A model generated the notes under the pieces. That model did not search any database. It saw only the letters and a program-made list of their open reading frames with translations, and was not told where the DNA came from. The translations under genes and the position numbers were made by a program. A DNA stretch of 63,087 nt, filler included, from Globobulimina sp. (Eukaryota): assembly GCA_003354225.1 (NCBI GenBank). It is 26 parts of 26 records of this genome, joined end to end, with 100 filler letters (N's around TTAATTAATTAA, not from the genome) between each part and the next. Parts side by side here need not be neighbours in the genome. Positions count along the whole stretch, not along the records: positions 1 to 2,332 come from PIVH01007330.1; positions 2,433 to 4,764 come from PIVH01007331.1; positions 4,865 to 7,196 come from PIVH01007332.1; positions 7,297 to 9,628 come from PIVH01007333.1; positions 9,729 to 12,060 come from PIVH01007334.1; 21 more parts are not named here. The stretch is one strand, 5' to 3'. Of the stretch, positions 1-10,344 are shown one piece after another; positions within the stretch are counted from its first letter, which is position 1; each line of letters begins with the position of its first letter.

Positions 1-2332
1 AACAGCGACAGCGAATGCTCGCAATAACTGAAGGCGTCCTCGATCAGTTCCTGCCGGCGATTCAGCGCCACCTCGGCTTCCCGGTACTTGACATCGAACT
101 CCTCGTACTCTGCCATGGACAGCTTCTTGTAGCCAATCACCAGCGTCCGGCTGCCATCCCTCGCGAAGTTGGTCACGTGCCGCTTGGTCACATGTATCAA
201 CGACTTGCCGTTGCCGCCGTCATTGCCGCCGCCGCACAGTCGGAACAAAGTGCTGTCCGCGCCTTTGCAGTACAAATGGATCTCGCCCATCTCGTCCAGC
301 ACGATCACGCTCATTCGCTTCCTGCGAGCCGTGAAATCCAATGTGGCCAAGATCTTGAACTTCAACCGCTGCTTCGCCGGCTTTAGATGTATAACAATGG
401 TGCCGTCCGCCTGTCGCTCCTCTAACACAATGCCGTGGTCATACAACGCCTCGGCGAAGGCCACCTCGTCCGGAGAGGGCGACTGATATTCGATTTTCGT
501 GCGTTCTGCGAGCTTCTCCTCCGTGTTGTGCACGTCTTTGCTGTTGGACTGGACTAATTTTTGATGTCCTAAATTGAGGCTTGGCGGGGTCACGACCGGC
601 GACTCGGTGTCGAGGTCGATGTTATTGTCGGTGGTTTTGGCCGGAACGGTGGCGGAACATAACAGCAAATTGAATACGAAGTGCGTGTCGTGCTGGAATT
701 GGGCGAGCGGAGAGATGTTTTTGTTGGAAGTGTTGGTGTGCGAATGTTGGAATTGTTGGTTGAGATCGTTGTTGATCATATTCATCAGTTCTTGGCTGTT
801 GTGGAGTGTGTTGTTGCTGTGTTTGTGGTATTTCTTTTTGTGGAGTTTGAATAGTTGGTATTTTTTGCGTTCGTAGTCGCACATTTTGTGGATTAATGAG
901 GAAAAAGAGTCGAAGTCGTTGCTTGGGTGGATGTAGTTATTCGGAGCGTCGTTTTGATATTTTATTCCGCCCACACTGCACTTGGACAATTCCATGAGAT
1001 TTTGGGTGAGCGTGCCGGTTTTGTCGGTGAAGATGTAGTCGATGTGACCGAGTTCTTCGTTCAAATTGCTGTTCTTGGTCTTGGCGTGGCGGATCGCACC
1101 GTATTCCTCGTCCCAGGAATGATCCATCACCACACTCTCTTTTTTCTCCAGGCGGACGGAATCCAGACTTATCGAGTCTGGCCGTGGGCGGTTTAACTCG
1201 CTGCCATTCTTAGTGCTGCCGCCATTCGCGATATGGATATTATCTGAGACAAAGTTGCAGAAAAAGTGGGAACTAACGCCATTTTGCATGAAGACGGCAT
1301 GGTGAAAAACAGTTTTCACTCAAAACCTCAACATGTCAACATGTAAACAATGCTAGCTCACAGTGTCACTTTTACACACCTGGGTTATACGTCATCTTCT
1401 CGTCCCACGCCACCCACTGAGCCTGCATCATTTTCACCAATTCGAGCGTCACATACAATGAAAACGGTATCATCCATGAGGTCAATATCAACCAGGAACA
1501 CGTATCCAGGGCAAAGCCATGAAACCATGAATCCCGTTCCAACTCCGGGTACGGCTCACTTACCACATTCGCCGCGATCCCAAACGCCACACACAATACA
1601 AAATTGAACATCAATATGCTTAATATCATCATATTTAGTATCTTTTCAAACTTACTAAACTTAAACGGCACACTGTTCCGATTCAGCATCAACTTCGTTT
1701 CGCGCCCTACAAACAACACCAATGCGTATATAAAGTCTGCATTTACTAATTTACTGCCCCGAAATATAAAGTTCGTATCCGATAAACCCGAAATAAAATC
1801 CCCCTCTAACTCCGACTGTCGCTGCTTGACTGATAACTTATTCTCGTTTTTATTCACTTGAGCTGCTAAATACACGTCGTCATCACTTGCGTCCTCCTCT
1901 TCGTCGCCAATAGTGCCATAATTGCTGTCCTCCTGATTGTCAAATCACACATGGAACAGTCCATAAAAATGGATATAAAATCGAATGTACATTACCTTTG
2001 TGCTTAATTTTGTTTTTTCGGTGGTTTTTTTCGCAATTACAACTGCCTCCGGTTCCGGCGTAGTTTCCTCTGCTTTTTTGTGTTGCGGAATGGTGGATTT
2101 TTTGATGGATAACGCGCCGGTAAACCCATGCAACGCTTTCGTATTTGGAGGGCATTTGACGTATCCCTTTAGCTTACACAGTTGCTGATGATTGCGTATA
2201 TTATGCGTAGATTGCACAGCTCTGCGTAATTTCGGTGCATTTTCGCCATCCATGCTCGAGGTATTAATGTAGCAGACCCCGCTGTTGTCGCCATTGCTGT
2301 GGTCGCAAGATAGCACGATGCAGTCGGCCGGG
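1..2332 (-). CDS. P4-type ATPase (phospholipid flippase), internal fragment with introns at 1933-1995 and ~1245-1379
   Basis: Spliced minus-strand translation gives the A-domain YINTSSMDGENAPKLR, TM segments, IPFSLYVTLELVK, SNLNEELGHIDYIFTDKTGTLT (phosphorylation motif at 1005-1025), SPDEVA, RKRMSVIV and YCKGADS. Confidence 0.95.
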
Positions 2333-2432
2333 NNNNNNNNNNNNNNNNNNNNNNNNNNNNNNNNNNNNNNNNNNNNTTAATTAATTAANNNNNNNNNNNN
2401 NNNNNNNNNNNNNNNNNNNNNNNNNNNNNNNN
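2333..2432. other. Artificial contig linker N44-TTAATTAATTAA-N44 (first of 25, repeating every ~2.43 kb)
   Basis: Identical spacer with stops in all six frames recurs at regular intervals. Contig lengths fall slowly from 2332 to ~2328 bp, consistent with size-sorted concatenation. Confidence 0.98.
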
Positions 2433-3235
2433 AAATGCAATCCGGTCATTTCTCTGCCATTCCATCTGTGTAATTGCTTGGCTTTATCAATATAATTAAC
2501 ATTATCACAGCGGAAATCGACATCTTTTATTTCTGATTGCTTGCTATTAATATTTATATTCATATTTATATTTTTATTGTACGCCACCGTTGATGGTATA
2601 TACTGATTTATGACGGATGTTTTCATTCCTTTGTCACTGATTATACACAGCCAAGATTCAATAAATTGTTTAATAAAAGAATTGCCGATGAATAACGCGT
2701 TAATTTTATTATTAAATGGAGATTTCGATTGGTTTAAATTTGATATATATTGCTTGTATAAATTTGTGTAATATCCGTATTTCTGAATATTTTTGAGGAA
2801 TATTAAACTTTGCTTGTTTAGCTTTGTTTCATTTATTTTAAATGTCCAGTTATAAAACTGATGGATAGTGTTTACGTTACACAAATATCCAAAATCAATA
2901 TATTTACAGGTTTTATTGATTGAAAATAATCCATCATAATAAAATGGTAAAAATGAGGTTGAAAATTCCTTGTTCCATTGTTTTTCGTCAGCCATATTGG
3001 TCCAAATAATATTTGATTCAATATCCCGAATGTACTCTATCATCGTATCTATTGTGATATTCTTAGAATAAGCAAATAAATGCGGAGATAAACCCACATC
3101 GGAACGTATACATTCTCCTCGAATATGAATATTGTAATAGTATGTACCGGAAAAACAAACAACAGCCAGTGATGCTAACAGAAATAGATTGTTTCTATTT
3201 AATAACTTGCAATGTTCATTTCTCGAAACTGTCAT
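2433..3235 (-). CDS. Type II membrane protein, possibly SGNH/PC-esterase-like, 3'-truncated
   Basis: N-terminal TM helix (LFLLASLAVVCFSG) and ALFIGNSF resembling the GDS motif. Runs into the gap. Confidence 0.45.
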
Positions 3236-3352
3236 TTGGTTGTTTTCTTTCTAAATTATTTATTTTAAACTTTTCGGAGATTAGATAATGTTCTGACGCT
3301 GAACATGTAATTTGTTTTTTTTTGAGGAAAATGTTTTGTAATTTTCGTAACT

Positions 3353-4764
3353 ATGATTCTACTCGAAATCCTCGCATCATACTGGATTGTCTCCAACGCA
3401 AATTTGAATAGTTGGGTATGGATGGAAGAGACTACGCATTTACCAAATGCAGATAGTCCTGGTCCCATTGCTGTGTACAATAATACAATCTATTTATTCG
3501 GTATATTAAAAAATGTGTTCTTATGTTAAAAAATGTGTTCTTTGTTCAACATTCGACTGTGTTTTTATCATTTCACATACAAATATTTTGTATTAAAGGC
3601 GGTGAAAATTACCCAAGTCAATTAACTGAATTCGATATATTATCCCAGCAATTTGTAAATAGAGGCGACTATTCATTAAACATTGATGTCAGTGGTATCT
3701 ATGCAGGGCAGTTTTGGACACAGATTAATGAAATTGTGTATTGGTTCCAATATGATTCATTCCAATACAATATCATTAGCTATGACTTAATCAACAATGC
3801 ACAGCAAACATTTTACACAGAGGGCACTGATGAATTTTTCGAAGGACCGTGTCTAACCTCAACAGATTCTTATTTGTTTTTGCTTGGTGACAGTGGTACT
3901 TCCAATGGTAATACATTACAAATCTACAGCTTTTCATCCCAAAAATGGTCTGAAGGCCCATCAATGCAAACAGCTCGACATAGTTTTTCCTGTGTCGTAC
4001 ATCCAACATATAATACGCTGTATGCAATTGCGGGATATCCGGACGAGAAATCTGTTGAGAAAATTGAAATCAACAATATCAGAGGCAATTATTGGCAGTG
4101 GCTCGAAGATCTACCGATTTCATTGCAATACCATAGGAGCGTAATCGTAGCCGATTGGATTGTGATATTTGGCGGTGGGGCCATTAGCTATGGATACGAG
4201 GCAAGAAAGGATGTTTTTATTATCGATGCAAGCACAGAAAGTGTCACATCTGGTGCTCCATTAAAATATGCTGTGGCGTATGGTGTGCCGATAACAGTTG
4301 GAAACGTTATTTATTTATTTGGAGGAAAGGGTGTTAATAGTGATTATTTAGACAGGTGGCAATATTGCATTGTTCCAACATATGCACCAACTAACAGTCC
4401 CACAATAGAGCCGACGATACAATCACAATCAACGATGGTCACAAACAAACAGCCAACAGGTAATATTCAATCGGTATAAAATAAGTCGTACATTTATATT
4501 TTTGGGTTATTTAATTTTAACATTATGCTTTTTTTATATTACTGTATATGTATAGTTTCACCAACTTCAAGTGCAATAACACGAGAAATATGGTTGTTGA
4601 TAGGCGTTGTTTTATTGCTGACCTGCATATTACTGTTATTTTGTTGCTTGTGCCGTAAACAATCGATGCGGAAAACTGTGCTAATTAGAAACCCGATGGT
4701 TATATTAGTGGGTATCGGTGAGTACGATCAAGAACCAGATGAGCCAGATTTGAATGTATATTTG
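3353..4764 (+). CDS. Signal peptide + kelch propeller + P/T stalk + TM + start of putative caspase-like (C14) domain, 3'-truncated
   Basis: ATG at 3353. Introns 3501-3598 and ~4461-4555. Kelch repeats (IYLFGG, LYAIAG, IVIFGG), PTYAPTNSPTIEPT stalk, TM IWLLIGVVLLLTCILLLF, then NPMVILVGIGEYD. Confidence 0.7.
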
Positions 4765-4864
4765 NNNNNNNNNNNNNNNNNNNNNNNNNNNNNNNNNNNN
4801 NNNNNNNNTTAATTAATTAANNNNNNNNNNNNNNNNNNNNNNNNNNNNNNNNNNNNNNNNNNNN

Positions 4865-5759
4865 TTGTAACAACATTTACATTTCCGCCTCCACCTTCTG
4901 CGCCTTCACCATCATATTGAAGCGCATTTGGATCATAAATAGGCTGTGCATTTGCTTGGGGCGCATATGGTTGAACAATTCGAGCCGTTACCATTTGTCC
5001 ATTTGGCATTTGAACCATGAAAGATTGTGGTTGTTGCATAACTTGTTCTTGTGCCACTATTAAAGGCTGTACTTCTCCCATTGCACCATATTGTTGATTA
5101 ACAGCATTAACTTGCTGTTGAAATAAAGTGATTTTAAAAAACATTCCAATACTGATTGAAAAATCACAGTCTACATTTTTTACTCCGATTATTCTTTCCA
5201 TCTGAAAGTGACAAATACCATTATACCTTGAGTTTAATTGCTGCATTGCATTGCCAACTCTCTGCTCAATTTCTCGGCGATATGCTTCTTTTAATGTTAG
5301 CAATTTACATCGTACTGCAAATACGATTAAAGCCCATACGCAAATTAAACATACTAAAATCACAGCAGATACCCAGATATCTTACAAACATATTTGTAAT
5401 GTTTTTGTATTTTATAAAGTTGATAAAATGTAAGAATTTATTTTTCATAACTGGTAATTCCAAACGCCAAACCAAAAATCAATGCAAAAAATGAATATAC
5501 TGCAGAAATTCCAGATATTATCATTAAAACCAGTGGTATTTTTGATAAACATTTATATATTCCCCTCCAATTATATGTAAGAATTAACTGCTGTTTCAAC
5601 ACTTTGTCTAAATTCACTCCAAACATTTAGTGAAAATCTAGCTTGAAATCCTGGGTCAAATGAACTGTAATTATTAAAACGTATAATTCTGAAATCACGT
5701 ATTCGAACTGAAAATTCTACACGACTTGTATCTACTTTTTTAGATCTTCCAACACCCAT
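4865..5759 (-). CDS. Uncharacterised two-TM protein with Q/P-rich tail; apparent frameshift near 5580
   Basis: Three overlapping or adjacent ORFs joinable by a 1-nt shift and one intron. Hydrophobic segments, then a QQPQSFMVQMPNGQ tail. Confidence 0.5.
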
Positions 5760-5810
5760 TTTTTATTAGAGTTTTTACTGAACTGTAATATATAAACCAA
5801 AACCGCAGTG

Positions 5811-6788
5811 ATGTCTATAATAGCATTTGCTATATTATTGATTGGGAATAGTATCGCTGGGCCGTGTGACATCTTCGCATCAGATGGCAATCGTTGTGTG
5901 GCGGCACACAGCACAGTACGAGCACTTTTCTCAGCTTTCAACGGTGCGTTGTATCAAGTGAAGCGAGCCTCTGACAACAGAACCCAAGATATCAATACTG
6001 TATCAGCCGGCGGTGTAGCAAACTCAGCCACTCAAGACTCGTTTTGCAGCGGCACTCATTGTGTAATGCAGAGGATTTACGATCAATCCGGCCTAAAAAA
6101 CCATTTAGACGTCGCTCCAGCGGGCGGATATGTGCATCATGCGGATCTCCCTGTGAATGCCACCCGATTACGCTTGAACGTGGGGGGTAGAGCAGTGTAT
6201 GCCGCCTACTTTGAGGGTGGAATGGGATATCGAGTGGATCGGACAACCGGAGTAGCCACAGGCAATAACGCGGAGACTATGTATATGGTGACCTCTGGCA
6301 AACATTTCAATGGAGGCTGTTGCTTTGATTATGGCAATGCAGAGACCGACAACAACGATGATGGGGCAGGGACTATGGAGGCGATCTATTTTGGCAGCAG
6401 CACAGTATGGGGTCGAGGCTCCGGATCTGGGCCGTGGGTGATGGCAGATATGGAGAACGGGCTGTTTGCAGGAAATGAGAAGGTGAATAACGCGAATACC
6501 CCTCTTACTTCCACCTATGTGTTTGCGATGGTGAAGGGTGGCACGAATGGCTTTGCGCTCAAAGGTGGAGACGCGACCCGTGGATCACTTAAAACCATGT
6601 ACGATGGCGCTCGACCCGCGGGATATCAGCCAATGAGAAAACAGGGTGCCATCATTCTCGGCATTGGAGGCGATAATTCTAACTCTGCCACAGGCACATT
6701 CTTCGAAGGCGCCATGACGACGGGGTATACATCAAACAACGCGGATAACTCCGTATTTGCCAATGTTGTAGCTGCGAGATATGGATAA
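5811..6788 (+). CDS. abfB: Secreted alpha-L-arabinofuranosidase B, GH54 catalytic domain only (no CBM42)
   Basis: Signal peptide, then GPCDI..CVAAHST.RAL, IYDQSG, GCCFDYGNAE, GTMEAIYFG, GPWVMADMENGLF, GAIILGIGGDNS and GTFFEGAMT, all GH54 signatures. Intronless. Confidence 0.95.
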   Translation: MSIIAFAILLIGNSIAGPCDIFASDGNRCVAAHSTVRALFSAFNGALYQVKRASDNRTQDINTVSAGGVANSATQDSFCSGTHCVMQRIYDQSGLKNHLDVAPAGGYVHHADLPVNATRLRLNVGGRAVYAAYFEGGMGYRVDRTTGVATGNNAETMYMVTSGKHFNGGCCFDYGNAETDNNDDGAGTMEAIYFGSSTVWGRGSGSGPWVMADMENGLFAGNEKVNNANTPLTSTYVFAMVKGGTNGFALKGGDATRGSLKTMYDGARPAGYQPMRKQGAIILGIGGDNSNSATGTFFEGAMTTGYTSNNADNSVFANVVAARYG

Positions 6789-7033
6789 TAATCTATTCTG
6801 GCACTCTTTGTATATTAATAATTTGAACATGTTGTGATTTTTAATACTTATTTCTTTTTTATTATTCCTTATGTGAATTGCGATGTTTTCTTCTTATATT
6901 ATTATGTGCTAATTAATTAATTATACTTTTAAAATTTAGCAATAAAATAGAAATAATCAGCTACTGCTTAGTACGAAAAAGTTACACCAGCACTCTAGTT
7001 AAACACTACCGTAATAATCCGATTAATTGCAAT

Positions 7034-7148
7034 GGGGTAAGGTATAAGCAAACCGTTTCTGGTGACTGATAAAGGTAAAAATAATATAGGTTTGCCTTCG
7101 TTTCTCAGAAACAATATAAATCTGACGCTGATAACCTGATGCTCTTTG
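7034..7148 (+). mobile_element. Truncated copy of the MITE-like element at 30890-31042
   Basis: ~115 bp nearly identical to 30927-31041 (AAGGTATAAGCAAACCGTTTCTGGTGACTGATAAAGGTAAAAA...AATCTGACGCTGA...GATGCTCTTTG). Left TIR missing. Confidence 0.8.
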
Positions 7149-7296
7149 AAAATGTTGTGAATTGCGATGTTTTCTTCTTTTGTATTATTATATTGCNNNN
7201 NNNNNNNNNNNNNNNNNNNNNNNNNNNNNNNNNNNNNNNNTTAATTAATTAANNNNNNNNNNNNNNNNNNNNNNNNNNNNNNNNNNNNNNNNNNNN

Positions 7297-9304
7297 AAGA
7301 GAAACTTTGGATTTTACACTGGGCACCACTGAAATTCTTGTTTGGTTTGCCATTTATAGGGTTGTAGCCATGTTCGAACTCGTTTTTTGTCATAACACTC
7401 GGATGTGAATGTACTGTCGATCCATGGAACTCGAAAGAATACCCCTGTTGTCTTCCTTTCTTATCTTTGTCCATCACTATCCATCCATCGAGGCGAGCCG
7501 TTTTCCCATGGGGCAGGGACAGGGTCTTCTCTCCCCTCATACCCAATATCGTTTGTATAGGTTTTTTGTCGTGTTTGAATGTGGCCTGATACCTCAACCA
7601 ACACAGCGCCATTAGTCCTCGTTCTTGGACCGAGTCCAGACAGAAATCCTCCTTCTTTTCTCGAATAGCATACGAACCAAGGACTGGACATTCGAATGTA
7701 CAGGACGATCCATACAGACAGTTGAAATCGAACAGTAGAATATTTTGCACCATTTCGGGATCCTCGAAGATATGGGGCAATATCTTGGTATAGCCGGCGA
7801 CACCTAGTCGTTTTCGTATGGTCGAGGCTCCACCACGTATATTGGAATCGATCAGTTTGAAGGCCTTCGGTCCTAACTGGACAACATAGTCGCAAGAGGG
7901 TTCTTCGTCATATTCGGCCAGATGTTTCAGGGCCCACGAGTAGCTTAAACTGGGCAAGGTGTTGAACTCGAGCATGTCGATATTGGCCAACTTTTTGAAT
8001 GATTCCTTCATCCGTTCCACAGATATCAAAGCTCCGAGACAATCCACCGAACAGTACAAGGGTAGGTAATGCCATATTTCGGTCATGTTTTTGTCGGTCC
8101 ACAATTCCTTCAAAGTTTCAAACTTGACCGGCCCCGGTTGAGGTTCGTCCGTTCTTTTGAGCATCTTCAACGCCTTTTCCTTGTCGACACCTTTTTTGAT
8201 GTATATTTGATACTTTTCATAGGCCGTATTTAGAGTGTTAGTTTGTTTCAGGTTCGACCAAAAATCCTCATATCTCACCTCCGACAATGGTATATGCAAA
8301 TCTTTGGGGCTTTTCATCAATTCGTATGGAAACTCTAATTTGCTGAATCTATCAGGGACCCCGTATGCGTAGAGGAAATCTGGAAGGGAGACACGGGCGT
8401 TTACAAATCTGAGTATGTCCAAAAATCGAAAATAATCCGATGTCAACGCGATCCATTTCTTACTCTTTTTCAATACCCTGGGTTTCTTTTTTTCCAGATT
8501 GTATATGTACCAAGGTAGGCCATAGTTACAGAGACAGGTGAGATCGAAATTGGAATTGTAAAACAACACCACAAAACGTTGAGCATTCTCGTGTAGTATA
8601 TCCCTTAGCTTTTTCAATATGGTTTCTCTGCCAACTTTTTTCTCCTCGGTAGCTTCTTTGATCAACTGGTCCACTTTGTCGAACGTTTCTTTGTTATCTT
8701 TTATAGTTTGGGCGTAGGCTGCTTCGGACATTGTTTGTAAATACTGGACAAACGTTTCGACAAAACTAGATCCACCGTCCATGCCAAGAAAACATATACT
8801 GGTATTTAATTGTTTTTCCTTCAAATTTGAGACGATCGATACCGCTACCGGCGTATGGTGGTCCATCATCATGGTCAAGGGGTGTAGACGAAGGGCCGCT
8901 TCGGACAACTCTTGTTGGTCTCTGTCGATTTTCTGACCGAGCAATGTCTCAATGTCAGCCACCGCGAAGTACTTGTTCAGTTCAAAATCCTCCCCAGGAT
9001 CGATCCCATTGTACAGCAATCTGTCTTTGATGGTCCAGCGGGCCTTTACCCTCGCTCCTTTGAAATGATTTTTGGGCTTCTCAGTCAATAGTTCATCCTG
9101 CAAGTACTGCTGCATATCGACATTTGGATCATCTTGGACCAGCGCCAATGTGCGACATTTCTTCTTATGCATATGAAAATCCAGTCTCTGTCTCGTAAAG
9201 AAAGTTTTACTGCAATAAGGACAATCGAATTCTTGCAACAATGTATTAAGTTTCTTCAACACACTGTATCGTCCATCTTGACTTATCGTTGGAGCCGAAA
9301 TCAC
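7297..9304 (-). mobile_element. polB: Protein-primed family B DNA polymerase of Polinton/Maverick or polinton-like-virus type, partial
   Basis: C2H2-like finger (CPYC..H), Exo I AVADIET, Exo II FYNSNFDL, FLDILRF, FPYE, Exo III YCSVD, IRGG, motif A FDFNCLYG, and an inserted VSR-like nuclease (RLDG...FEFHG..HSHP). Intronless, more GC-rich than typical host DNA. Confidence 0.88.
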
Positions 9305-9930
9305 CGAGACTTCGTCGTTATTAACTCGACCAAAGCCCTGGTGGTGTCAGCCAGAAGTGCCGGTTAGCCGCAGGCTACCGACGCGAAAGGTCTGCACAGC
9401 TCACTGCTCGCAAACTCAACATTCACGCGCTACTATTCATCTGCTAGTATAGGCTCTCGCGTGTGTTCAGTAGATGAATTCTTCACGCGTTTATGTGGCG
9501 CCAGAGATGCGATCCAGTTTGTGAGCCAGGGGGTTTCCATCCGCTTGGATCTTAACCTGAATCTGCTACCAAATGTAGTAGCCCCAAGCTACTACTTATA
9601 ACAAACAATATAACAAAATAAATTGTAANNNNNNNNNNNNNNNNNNNNNNNNNNNNNNNNNNNNNNNNNNNNTTAATTAATTAANNNNNNNNNNNNNNNN
9701 NNNNNNNNNNNNNNNNNNNNNNNNNNNNTATCATAATTTGCTGTTATCCATGGAACCCAACTGTTAAGTATTTAAATATCCAAAATTGAACTCACCAACA
9801 TACAATAACACAGTATACACACAATAAACACAAAATAAAAATAAAAAACACTATAGAAACCGCCCGCCACCGCCACACCAACACCACCACCACCAAATAC
9901 ACTCAAAACATGCTATTTTTACTCACAAAC

Positions 9931-10318
9931 GATTATCAATTAATAACTTATTGATAGAGTATGGAATTAATGGATTTGAATGAGAGAGAGAGTGGCATTC
10001 ATTTAATGGGTCGAGAGATGAATATATAATGTTTGTATGAGACATGTGGGATGCGAGGCGCTACGCGCCATCACACCCACAGTCCCAACAACCATATATA
10101 TCATCTCCAACCCATAAATATGAATTTAATGGCTTGAGATATGAATATATAATGATTGTATGAGACATGTGGGATGCGAGGCGCTACGCGCCATCACACC
10201 CACAGCCTCAACAATCATATATATCATATCCAACCCATAAATATCATTAAATACAACTCTCTCCTCATCAAATATCATTAAGTTCCAACTCTACAAACAG
10301 TTATCTATATAATAATTC
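9931..10318. repeat. Y-shaped palindromic element: outer inverted repeat enclosing two tandem 123-bp hairpin units
   Basis: Units ~10001-10123 and ~10124-10242, each centred on GGCGC-TAC-GCGCC (10057-10069, 10180-10192). Outer arms ~9943-10000 and ~10245-10304 are imperfectly complementary. Confidence 0.85.
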
Positions 10319-10344
10319 AATCCAACAAATTAAATGTCTGAAAA

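Noticed and set aside
15-1196. Plus-strand ORFs over the P4-ATPase, and similar antisense ORFs at 17546-18982 and 46606-47902
   Set aside because: Shadow ORFs opposite GC-rich coding sequence, with no recognisable motifs.
3506-3542. Short local tandem duplications (also ~17256-17296, ~20301-20339, ~28790-28828, and 6872/7156)
   Set aside because: Ordinary slippage-type duplications in AT-rich non-coding DNA, with no further structure.
9361-9402. Group II intron domain V-like hairpin on the minus strand upstream of polB
   Set aside because: An AGC triad is present, but stem lengths, bulge and loop do not fit DV and no convincing DVI or 3' AY end is seen. Kept only as generic structure.
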